NCBI GenBank assembly: GCA_030748555.1
Contig: JASMLT010000001.1
Coordinates: forward strand, 34,914 to 98,913
DNA: 64,000 nucleotides
DNA from: Acidimicrobiales bacterium
GTDB lineage: Bacteria > Actinomycetota > Acidimicrobiia > Acidimicrobiales > MedAcidi-G1
Reading direction: 5' to 3'
Shown in pieces: positions 50,267 to 58,624 of the stretch (position 1 is its first letter; every line of letters starts with the position of its first letter). Both the position numbers and the translations under genes were made by a program. The notes under the pieces were generated by a model. That model made no database searches, was not told the DNA's origin, and saw nothing but the letters and a program-made list of their open reading frames with translations.

Positions 50267-50620
50267 TTAGCACTTAGGTTCTTCACCCAAACTCTGTGAT
50301 GCAGGTCTGTGTAGAACACCCCCTGTAATTTCAACTTTTATAGAACCTTTTTCTGAATCCAGAATCTGTCCATCTCCGTCAATGATCATGCTGAATCCTC
50401 CATCAGAGTGAGCAGGAAAGATCAAACTGACTGCACTGGAGTCAGCTAGATTTTTTAAGGTTCCTTTTCCAGGTGAACAGATAAGACAATCGTCTTCTAA
50501 AGAAATTAATGAATGAACGATTTTCGCTTTTCCCCCTTCGGTCATGGTGACTACAAACGCTGAATCGCCATATTCATCAAGACGTTTGTCTATATCTTCG
50601 ATTGTGACTTTAATACTCAT
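50267..50620 (-). CDS. Hypothetical protein (possible split-barrel pyridoxamine-oxidase-like fold)
   Basis: Likely start ATG at 50620 after -10 TATGAT; GKGTLKN, FSMIIDG, VLHRPA. Confidence 0.6.
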   Translation of the reverse strand: MSIKVTIEDIDKRLDEYGDSAFVVTMTEGGKAKIVHSLISLEDDCLICSPGKGTLKNLADSSAVSLIFPAHSDGGFSMIIDGDGQILDSEKGSIKVEITGGVLHRPASQSLGEEPKC

Positions 50621-50656
50621 GGCAAAATCATAATTTATATTTTTTAATAAAAAAAG

Positions 50657-50668
50657 TTGCATTTGCAA
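50657..50668. promoter_or_regulatory. Palindrome TTGCA-TT-TGCAA upstream of the molybdate regulator/mod operon
   Basis: Read directly, 23 nt upstream of the regulator ATG; candidate autoregulatory operator. Confidence 0.45.
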
Positions 50669-50691
50669 GGTTTTACAGTATTTTTTATTGC

Positions 50692-51081
50692 ATGCACAAG
50701 TTTAGAATTGGTGAAGCAGCTCAATTACTTGGTGTCAGCACAGACACGGTCAGAAGATGGGCGGACTCTGGTCGTCTTTCAATTGAAAGAACCGAAGGTG
50801 GACACCGGCTCATAAACGGAGTTGAGCTTGCGAAACTTGCCCAAGAAATTTCAAATTCGAGTGAACAGGAAGGAGCTACTCTTTCAGCTCGAAACCGTTT
50901 CACCGGTTTAATCACTCGTGTCGTCGCTGATGGAGTTATGGCTCAAGTTGAACTTCAAGCTGGTCCGTATCGCGTTGTCTCCTTGATCTCAGCTGAAGCA
51001 GTTAAAGAACTTGGATTAAAACCTGGTGCTCTAGCAGTAGCTGCGATAAAGGCAACAAATGTGGTTATTGAAAGTCCGTAA
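50692..51081 (+). CDS. HTH (MerR/excisionase-like) plus TOBE molybdate-binding regulator
   Basis: FRIGEAAQLLGVSTDTVRRW, SARNRF, IKATNV; first gene of the mod operon. Confidence 0.9.
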   Translation: MHKFRIGEAAQLLGVSTDTVRRWADSGRLSIERTEGGHRLINGVELAKLAQEISNSSEQEGATLSARNRFTGLITRVVADGVMAQVELQAGPYRVVSLISAEAVKELGLKPGALAVAAIKATNVVIESP

Positions 51082-51775
51082 GAGACTACACAAACACTTA
51101 TTAATCGTTGGAATTTTTTGCTTCACTTGCTTCGGGTGTGGCAAGGAGGAACAGGGGATAAACATTTATGCTGCATCCTCTCTTACCGAGGTAGTTTCTG
51201 TTGCGGTCGAACATTACGAAGAAATTTCCCAGGTCAAGACAAAGGTCGTTTTTGCCGGCTCAAACCACTTAGCCTCACAACTTAGAGATGGAGCATATGC
51301 AGATGTTTTCATCACAGCGGACGTTGATCTTATTGACGGTTTGGGTTTTGACGGAATTTTAGAGGGTTTCGCTTACAACTCTTTGGTTGTGGTTAAACCT
51401 GTCGCTTTTGTTAATAAAAGCTTTGAACCGAATGATTTAACCCGCGATGAAGGGCTTATAGCAATCTGTTCGGAGGGAGTCCCATGTGGCAATGCCACAA
51501 AATCAAAATTTGGAATCGTAGAAGCAGACACATACGAGATGAATGTTAAAGCTGTTTTAGCGCGTGTTGCTTCGATGGAGGTGGATCTGGGAATTGTTTA
51601 CGAAACCGACCTCAAGAATGAACCGAAGGTAATTACGGCATGGCCTCAAGAAATTGCTTGTCCTTGCGTCTCTTATGCAGCGGCATTTAGAGGTAAAAAA
51701 GGAAGTGACTTCACTGATTTTTTAATTTCCGGTACCGCTAAAGAAATTTTTTCTAGTCATGGATTTTCCCTGTGA
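51059..51775 (+). CDS. modA: Molybdate ABC transporter substrate-binding protein
   Basis: YAASSL, FAGS, ADVFITA, VPCG, NVKAV, GIVY.TD. Confidence 0.88.
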   Translation: MWLLKVRKRLHKHLLIVGIFCFTCFGCGKEEQGINIYAASSLTEVVSVAVEHYEEISQVKTKVVFAGSNHLASQLRDGAYADVFITADVDLIDGLGFDGILEGFAYNSLVVVKPVAFVNKSFEPNDLTRDEGLIAICSEGVPCGNATKSKFGIVEADTYEMNVKAVLARVASMEVDLGIVYETDLKNEPKVITAWPQEIACPCVSYAAAFRGKKGSDFTDFLISGTAKEIFSSHGFSL

Positions 51776-52551
51776 ATAGGCTGCCGAAAACAGTCGTCCT
51801 ATTCGCGACTATTGCGATTTTATTCCTCCTATCCCCGCTAATAGGACTTTTGCAGAGGATGCCTTGGTCGGGGCTGTCGGACCTTCTTGGAAGTGACGTC
51901 ATCCTGGATGCTTTCTTGCTTTCCTTGTTTGTGAGTTTTTCAGCCGCTCTTATCGTGTTCGTATTTGGAATTCCAATAGCATGGTTTTTGGCCAGATCTA
52001 ATTTTTCCTTTATGAAATTGCTTCGCGCCGTAGTGCTCCTACCAATGGTTCTTCCTCCAGTTGTAGGTGGTACTGCTTTACTTTTTGCTTTTGGAAGGCA
52101 GGGGTTTTTAGGCAAGTGGCTAAATGATTGGTTTGGTTTGACTCTTCCATTCACTACAGCTGGATCAGTGGTGGCAGCAGTGTTTGTTTCGATGCCCTTT
52201 TTTGTAGTTGCTGTTGAATCTGCTTTCCGCTCCATCAATGAAGATCTTGAAAAAACAGCAGAAACGCTTGGAGCTTCTTCACTAAAAATATTTTTAAAGG
52301 TCACACTTCCTCGTATATTCCCTTCAATAGTTGCGGGACTCGCTCTATCTTGGGCTCGAGCTCTTGGGGAATTTGGTGCAACTATAACTTTTGCTGGAAA
52401 CATGCCTGGTGAGACTCAAACCTTACCTCTAGCAATTTTTCTAGCGCTAGAAACTAAACCTGAAGCAGCTTTAGCTCTTAGTTTGGTAATGATTGTAACT
52501 TCGCTTTCAATTCTTATACCATTCCGCGATCAGTGGCTGCCGAGTAGATAA
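51772..52551 (+). CDS. modB: Molybdate ABC transporter permease
   Basis: LPMVLPPVVGG, ARALGEFGAT, GNMPGETQTLPL. Confidence 0.93.
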   Translation: MNRLPKTVVLFATIAILFLLSPLIGLLQRMPWSGLSDLLGSDVILDAFLLSLFVSFSAALIVFVFGIPIAWFLARSNFSFMKLLRAVVLLPMVLPPVVGGTALLFAFGRQGFLGKWLNDWFGLTLPFTTAGSVVAAVFVSMPFFVVAVESAFRSINEDLEKTAETLGASSLKIFLKVTLPRIFPSIVAGLALSWARALGEFGATITFAGNMPGETQTLPLAIFLALETKPEAALALSLVMIVTSLSILIPFRDQWLPSR

Positions 52552-52553
52552 CA

Positions 52554-53567
52554 ATGCTGGAACTTAATGGGTCTTTAGACCTCGAACATTTCACTTTAAA
52601 GATCAAACTTGAAATTGATAAGAATGAAACGGTCAGTCTTCTAGGTCCTAATGGCTCGGGAAAATCAACACTTTTGAGACTTATATGTGGTCTGGAAAAG
52701 CTGACTACAGGAAGTCTGAGAATAAATACGAACATAGTGGATTCGGAAAATACTTTTCTCCATTCCCGTTTCAGGAATGTCGGCTGGGTGCCTCAAAACC
52801 AAATGCTTTTCGACCATCTAACCGTGAAGCAAAACATTGAATTCAGCCCAAATTCATCCAGTGAAGAGGTTTCTGAATTGATCGAACTTTTCGATTTAGA
52901 ACATGTGCAAGACAAAAAAGCAGGCAATTGCTCTGGAGGTGAATCTCAGCGTGTTGCAATTGCTAGAGCGATCGCATCTAAGCCTCAAATTCTCTTACTC
53001 GATGAACCATCTACTGGTCTTGATGAAAAAAGTAAACAAATTATTCACCGGTATTTAAAAACACAAAAAGGAGTGGCAACTTTGCTGATCACACACGATC
53101 CCCTTGAAGCAGCTTCTTTGTCAGAACGTTTAATTATTTTAGAAAAAGGTGTAATAACTCAGTCAGGGACGGCAGATGAGTTAAGAAATTCGCCGGCAAC
53201 TCCTTATTCCGCTTCTCTTGTTGGGTTGAACTTCGTGCCCGCTATAGCGAATGGATTAGTCGCCGAGACCAGCAAAGGAGTGGAACTAATTTTAAGTGAA
53301 TCAATCCAAGGCCCAGTCAATATCGTAATTCCTCCAAAATCTATTGCTCTTTATAAGGAAAAACCCATAGGAAGTCCTAGGAATGTTCTTATGGCGAAAA
53401 TCTTAGAAATAAACCATGTTGGGGAAAATGTTCGTATCAACCTGGATGGCCAATTAGATTTTATGGCTGAAATTACTAACAATGCTTTTGAAGTTCTCAA
53501 CCTGCATAAAGGTGACGAAGTTTGGGCTGCATTCAAAGCAACAGAGTTAATTGCTACTCCGGTATAA
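52554..53567 (+). CDS. modC: Molybdate ABC transporter ATP-binding protein
   Basis: GPNGSGKS, SGGE, LLLDEP, THD, C-terminal SPRN and FKAT TOBE motifs. Confidence 0.9.
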   Translation: MLELNGSLDLEHFTLKIKLEIDKNETVSLLGPNGSGKSTLLRLICGLEKLTTGSLRINTNIVDSENTFLHSRFRNVGWVPQNQMLFDHLTVKQNIEFSPNSSSEEVSELIELFDLEHVQDKKAGNCSGGESQRVAIARAIASKPQILLLDEPSTGLDEKSKQIIHRYLKTQKGVATLLITHDPLEAASLSERLIILEKGVITQSGTADELRNSPATPYSASLVGLNFVPAIANGLVAETSKGVELILSESIQGPVNIVIPPKSIALYKEKPIGSPRNVLMAKILEINHVGENVRINLDGQLDFMAEITNNAFEVLNLHKGDEVWAAFKATELIATPV

Positions 53568-53593
53568 AAAACATTTAAGATACGACTACTGCA

Positions 53594-53610
53594 TTACTTT
53601 TAAAAAGTAA
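53594..53610. promoter_or_regulatory. Perfect inverted repeat TTACTTTT-A-AAAAGTAA upstream of the LLM gene; candidate operator
   Basis: 8-bp arms with a 1-nt spacer, about 20 nt before the ATG; too AT-rich and tight-looped for a terminator. Confidence 0.45.
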
Positions 53611-53629
53611 CGATAAAGAAAGGTGTTGA

Positions 53630-54640
53630 ATGAAACTTGGATTGATTTGGGGATACTGGTCCGCTCAACCACCCACAGACTGGGTTCCGCTCACACAGGA
53701 AGCTGAAAAACTGGGTGTAGACACAGTTTGGACTTCGGAATCTTGGGGTTCCGATGCTTTTTCTCCACTGGCTCATTTAGCTGCTGTAACTGAAAAAATT
53801 CGCTTAGGTACAAGCGTTGTTCAAATCGCAGCTCGTACACCAACCGCATGCGCTATGCATGCAGTAACTCTTGATCATTTATCTTCCGGTCGCTTAATTC
53901 TTGGCATAGGGGTATCCGGACCTCAAGTGGTAGAAGGATGGTATGGACAACCATTTAAACGTCCTTTAGCCAGAACTCGAGAATACGTTGAAATTCTGAG
54001 GTCTGCATTCGCTCGTGAGGATTACCTTTCTTACGAGGGTGAATTTTTTCAACACCCTTACAAGGGCCCTGGCTCAACTGAACTTGGTAAACCTCTAAAA
54101 ATTATGACCCATCCTCTCCGAAGCGACATCCCTATTTTTATTGGCGCAGAAGGCCCAAAAAATGTTGCTCAAACATGTGAAATTGCTGATGGTTGGCTAC
54201 CTCTTTACTATTCGCCTTATCGCCAAGATGTCTACAGTGAAGTGATTTCAAATCGTAAAGACACCTTTGAAATACCTCTTAATATGATCGTGAATGTCAC
54301 TGATGATATAGAAACAGGTTTACTCCCAATCAAAATGAGTATTGCTCTGTACATAGGCGGCATGGGGGCGAAAGGAAAAAACTTTCATACAGAATTGATG
54401 TCTCGAATGGGATTTGAAGCCGAAGCCAAACTCATACAAGAACTATTTCTGGAAGGTAAGCGAGAAGAAGCAATTGCTTCAGTGCCAAGTGACTTCTGTG
54501 ATGAAATAAGTCTTGTTGGATCAGCAGACAGGATTCGTGACAGACTTCAAGCTTTCGAAGACAGTCCAGTAACCATGTTGAATATTTCTGCACGCTCACT
54601 TGATGAACTGCGCGAGATATCAGAAATAATCCTTGGATAA
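53630..54640 (+). CDS. LLM-class F420-dependent oxidoreductase
   Basis: ESWGSDA, ARTP, GIGVSGPQVVEGW, LYIGGMGAKGKNFH; paralog of 17906..18943. Confidence 0.9.
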   Translation: MKLGLIWGYWSAQPPTDWVPLTQEAEKLGVDTVWTSESWGSDAFSPLAHLAAVTEKIRLGTSVVQIAARTPTACAMHAVTLDHLSSGRLILGIGVSGPQVVEGWYGQPFKRPLARTREYVEILRSAFAREDYLSYEGEFFQHPYKGPGSTELGKPLKIMTHPLRSDIPIFIGAEGPKNVAQTCEIADGWLPLYYSPYRQDVYSEVISNRKDTFEIPLNMIVNVTDDIETGLLPIKMSIALYIGGMGAKGKNFHTELMSRMGFEAEAKLIQELFLEGKREEAIASVPSDFCDEISLVGSADRIRDRLQAFEDSPVTMLNISARSLDELREISEIILG

Positions 54641-54718
54641 ATCCACATTTTTTAACTCTTTTCGACTTTTATATCAGAACAAGTTCAAGTAATCTTCGCT
54701 GATGTCTAGGAACTTTCG

Positions 54719-55813
54719 ATGACTCTCATCAAAGCGGCAGTATGTCACGAGTCTAAATCTGACTTAACCATTGAAGAGATTCGATTGTCGGACCCTGAAC
54801 AAGATGAAATTCGAGTAACTGTAGAAGCCTGTGCTATCTGCCATTCTGATATCACCTATATAGACGGAGGTTGGTCAATTGAATACCCGGTCGTTTTGGG
54901 ACACGAAGTATCCGGAAAGGTAGCTGAGATAGGACCAGACACAGAGACAGAATTAGATATTGGAGACCAAGTGGTAGTTTCCTTAATCCGAACCTGTGGT
55001 CAATGTCTAGCTTGCGAACGAGGACACGATGTAGCTTGCACAGGAAAAGTCAGGCTTAATGAAACCAGCCCTCTTGAGGCAAAAACGGGTGCGGTAATAA
55101 CACATGGTCTCAATACTGGAGGGTTTGCGGAAGAAGTAGTCGTCCATGTTTCACAGTGTGTTCCTGTGCCGGAAGACTTACCTGCTAGTTTTGCTGCTCT
55201 TCTTGGCTGTGGAGTCATGACAGGAATGGGCGCTGTGTTCAATACGGCGCAAGTTAAAAGTGGTGACATCACTGTGATAATTGGTTGTGGTGGTGTTGGT
55301 CTAGCCGCAATTCAGGGAGCGAAAATTTCCGGAGCGGAACATGTAATCGCGGTTGATCCATTAGCAAATAAGAGAGAACTAGCAATTAAGTTCGGTGCTA
55401 CTCAGGCTCTCGAACCTTCGGAAGACCTGACTGAAGTCATTCAGGACACTACCGGAGGGCATCTGGCTGATTTTGCATTTGTGAGCACTGCCGCACCTTC
55501 AGCAATTTCAATGTCAATGAGCCTTCTATCACCGATGGGCGCTCTGGTGCTAGTAGGTATGCCTGAAGATGGTGTTAAAACAGAATTCGATCCAGGTTTA
55601 CTGGCAGCTAGAAATCAGAGGATCCTAGGCTCGAAAATGGGCACCTCTAGACCGCATTCGGACATTCCTAAGATGGTTGATTTGTGGCGTGATGGAAAAC
55701 TCGATCTTGAAAATATGGTTTCAAGCACCCGCTCATTGGAAAATATTAATGATGCTCTTAATGAAATGCGTAACGGTTCAGTCATACGTGCTGTGGTATG
55801 TCCGAGATCTTAA
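54719..55813 (+). CDS. Zinc-dependent alcohol dehydrogenase (MDR)
   Basis: ICHSD, GHE, C..C..C.......C structural Zn motif, GCGVMTG, GCGGVG. Confidence 0.92.
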   Translation: MTLIKAAVCHESKSDLTIEEIRLSDPEQDEIRVTVEACAICHSDITYIDGGWSIEYPVVLGHEVSGKVAEIGPDTETELDIGDQVVVSLIRTCGQCLACERGHDVACTGKVRLNETSPLEAKTGAVITHGLNTGGFAEEVVVHVSQCVPVPEDLPASFAALLGCGVMTGMGAVFNTAQVKSGDITVIIGCGGVGLAAIQGAKISGAEHVIAVDPLANKRELAIKFGATQALEPSEDLTEVIQDTTGGHLADFAFVSTAAPSAISMSMSLLSPMGALVLVGMPEDGVKTEFDPGLLAARNQRILGSKMGTSRPHSDIPKMVDLWRDGKLDLENMVSSTRSLENINDALNEMRNGSVIRAVVCPRS

Positions 55814-55825
55814 GGGGGGTTTGAA

Positions 55826-57055
55826 ATGAAAATCGTTGAGGTGGAAACATTTGTTGTAGCCAACCCTCCACCACGTCATGGAGGCCGCTATTTCATTTTT
55901 GTAAAACTGACGACTGACAGTGGTGTTTCTGGAATTGGAGAGGCGTATGCAGCTTCCTTTAATCCCCATCTCATTGCAAAAATGATCGAAGATACCGCAG
56001 ATCGTTTTCTCATAGGTGAGGATCCTTTCCATATTGAAACTTTTTGGCGTCGATCTTATGGGGTCGGGTACACGCTTCGCCCTGACCCCACATTGTGTGG
56101 CGTGATCAGTTCACTGGAAATGGCTTGCTGGGATTTAATTGGAAAAGAATGCGACAAGCCGGTCTATGAACTTCTAGGTGGCCGTGTGCACGAAGGGTTG
56201 CGTGCTTACACCTATCTGTACCCTCCTGATGGAGAGGACACGTACAACCCCTCAACAGAAAAACATATTTATAATGACCCTTCCTTAGCTGCTGAAGCTG
56301 CTGATGCTGCGGTTGAAAAGGGTTTTACCGCAGTCAAATTCGATCCTGCTAGTTCTTATTCAGTTTTTGACGGTCGTCAACCCACTCCAAGCGAATTGGA
56401 ATTTTGCGAATCGATGGTTAAAGCCCTCCGTGAAACTCTTGGAACAGGAGCTGACATATTATTTGGCACCCATGGACAATTCACTCCTTCAGGGGCGCTA
56501 AGGCTTGCGAGAGTCTTAGAGAAATACGACCCTCTCTGGTTTGAAGAGCCTGTACCTCCTGATGATGTTAAAGGAATGGCAAGAGTTGCTGCCGGAACAT
56601 CTATTCCTGTTGCAACTGGAGAGAGACTCACAACAGTTAGTGAGTTTTCAACACTTCTTGAGTCGAATGCAGCTTCGATAATACAACCAAATCTTGGCCG
56701 TTGTGGAGGCATCCTTCAGGGTAAAAAAATTGCTTCAATTGCAGAAGTGAAACAGGCTTTACTCGCTCCACACTGTTACTGCGGGCCTGTCGTCGCCGCT
56801 GCAAATATTCAACTGGCTACTTGCACTCCAAACTTTCTAATTCTTGAGTCAATCGAGGATTGGTCCGGTTTCCATGCCGAGATCCTCGAAAAACCCATTG
56901 AATTCTCTGAAGGCCTGGTAATACCTTCTACTGAACCAGGTCTTGGTGTCGTATTAAATGAAAATGTTGCGAAAGCTAATCCTTGGAATGGAGAAGAATT
57001 GCAACTAACTCCTCTCTACGACCCACCGTCAGGAAGAGACGGCTTCAAAAAATGA
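55826..57055 (+). CDS. Mandelate racemase/muconate lactonizing enzyme family (enolase superfamily), probable acid dehydratase
   Basis: NPPPRHGGRYFIFVKL, GIGE, AVKFD, GTHGQ, WFEEP, ATGERL, APH, ILE. Confidence 0.9.
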   Translation: MKIVEVETFVVANPPPRHGGRYFIFVKLTTDSGVSGIGEAYAASFNPHLIAKMIEDTADRFLIGEDPFHIETFWRRSYGVGYTLRPDPTLCGVISSLEMACWDLIGKECDKPVYELLGGRVHEGLRAYTYLYPPDGEDTYNPSTEKHIYNDPSLAAEAADAAVEKGFTAVKFDPASSYSVFDGRQPTPSELEFCESMVKALRETLGTGADILFGTHGQFTPSGALRLARVLEKYDPLWFEEPVPPDDVKGMARVAAGTSIPVATGERLTTVSEFSTLLESNAASIIQPNLGRCGGILQGKKIASIAEVKQALLAPHCYCGPVVAAANIQLATCTPNFLILESIEDWSGFHAEILEKPIEFSEGLVIPSTEPGLGVVLNENVAKANPWNGEELQLTPLYDPPSGRDGFKK

Positions 57056-57079
57056 ACGTACAAGACTTTAGGATTTCTA

Positions 57080-58615
57080 ATGCCGAATGAGGGGCGTCGG
57101 GGAGGTAGGAGCCAGAGACGAGGCGAAGGTTCAAATAATATCCAACAACCTTCTTCAATTCAGCCAAAACACAGATTCGAACCTTTGCGAGCAGTTTCTG
57201 AGGATGAGTTGGAATCAATTCACCAAGCTTCTCTGAAAGTTCTTTCAGAAACTGGGATTGCTTTTCTAGATGAAACAGCTTGCCAGCAGTTAGCAGATGC
57301 CGGAGCTGTTGTTGAAGATCAACAAGTCAGGTTCGACCCTGAGATGATTATGGAACTTATTTCTACTGCGCCTAATGAATTCACTATGCACGGGATAGCA
57401 CCCCACAGAGATTTCATTATGGGTGGTAAATGGATTACTTATACTGCAGTGGCTAGCCCTCCTTTTGTAACCGGGTTGGGACGTGATAGACGTGACGGCA
57501 ATAGAGAGGATTTTCGTAATCTGATCAAATTGACTCAAATGCTCAACTGCCTCCACACAACTGCTGGCTACCCAGTGGAACCAACTGACATACACGCTTC
57601 GGTTAGACATTTATATGCAACACATGACGCTGTGACTCTTTCTGACAAGCCCCCCTTTGTGTACAGCCTCGGAAGGCAAAGAAATATTGATGGAATGGAA
57701 ATTACTCGGATAGCCAGAGGTGTGAACCAGGAAACTTTCAACTCAGAACCTTCAATTTTTTCTGTAATCAATGCGAGCACACCTTTGCGATATGACACCG
57801 TAATGCTTCATGGGATTCAAGAAATGTCTGCGCGAAATCAAGTTATTTGCATAACCCCTTTCACATTGGCAGGAGCTATGGCTCCAGTGACTGTTGCAGG
57901 AGCACTGGTTTTACAAAATGCTGAAGCTCTAGCGGGAATCGCCTATACACAACTAGTTAACCCAGGAGCGCCTGTGATCTATGGGGGTTTCACTTCCAAT
58001 GTCGATATGCAATCCGGAGCGCCTGCATTTGGGACACCTGAATACTGGAAAGCCTGCCTTGTTGGAGGTCAACTAGCCAGACGTTACGGGCTTCCTTACC
58101 GTTCATCCAATGTGAACGCAGCAAACAGTGTCGATGCTCAGTCAATGTATGAGAGTGTCATTTCAATATGGGGTGCCATTATGGGTGGTGTGAACCTTCT
58201 GCTCCACGGAGCCGGCTGGCTCGAAGGTGGTCTCCTCGCTTCGTATGAAAAAATGGTTATAGATGCAGATGTTCTAAACATGGTTAACTCCATGTTGGAA
58301 CCAGTCACTGTCGACGACGCTACCCTAGCCGTGGAAGCAATCGCAGAGGTAGGTCCAGGGGGTCACTTCTTCGGTTCAGAACACACTCAAGAACGTTACA
58401 AAACCGAGCATTTTCGTCCAATGGTCTCAGACTGGAGAAATTATGAATCATGGGACGAGTCCGGTCGTCAAGAAGCCCACCAACGGGCTGAAAAACTAGC
58501 AAAACAACTAATTGACTCACATGAAGAACCACCCATGGAAGAAGATATCCGTACCGAATTAGATGAATATCTTGATAGAAGAGTTGCTGAAGGTGGCGTC
58601 CCAACTGACTATTAG
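57080..58615 (+). CDS. Trimethylamine methyltransferase (MttB/COG5598) family, non-pyrrolysine
   Basis: LESIHQAS, TPFTLAGAMAPVT, SNVDMQSGAPAFGTPE, HGAGWLEGGL, VGPGGHFFG; no in-frame TAG. Confidence 0.93.
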   Translation: MPNEGRRGGRSQRRGEGSNNIQQPSSIQPKHRFEPLRAVSEDELESIHQASLKVLSETGIAFLDETACQQLADAGAVVEDQQVRFDPEMIMELISTAPNEFTMHGIAPHRDFIMGGKWITYTAVASPPFVTGLGRDRRDGNREDFRNLIKLTQMLNCLHTTAGYPVEPTDIHASVRHLYATHDAVTLSDKPPFVYSLGRQRNIDGMEITRIARGVNQETFNSEPSIFSVINASTPLRYDTVMLHGIQEMSARNQVICITPFTLAGAMAPVTVAGALVLQNAEALAGIAYTQLVNPGAPVIYGGFTSNVDMQSGAPAFGTPEYWKACLVGGQLARRYGLPYRSSNVNAANSVDAQSMYESVISIWGAIMGGVNLLLHGAGWLEGGLLASYEKMVIDADVLNMVNSMLEPVTVDDATLAVEAIAEVGPGGHFFGSEHTQERYKTEHFRPMVSDWRNYESWDESGRQEAHQRAEKLAKQLIDSHEEPPMEEDIRTELDEYLDRRVAEGGVPTDY

Positions 58616-58624
58616 GAGGGGAAC

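Noticed and set aside
50692-51081. Excisionase marking a prophage or integrative element
   Set aside because: The HTH is fused to a TOBE domain and heads modABC; no integrase or att context is present.
54719-55813. Acryloyl-CoA reductase AcuI next to dddP
   Set aside because: It carries catalytic and structural Zn ligands of ADH-type MDRs, whereas AcuI/YhdH is zinc-free.
57080-58615. Pyrrolysine-containing trimethylamine methyltransferase
   Set aside because: The ORF is uninterrupted with no in-frame TAG, and no pyl genes are in the window.
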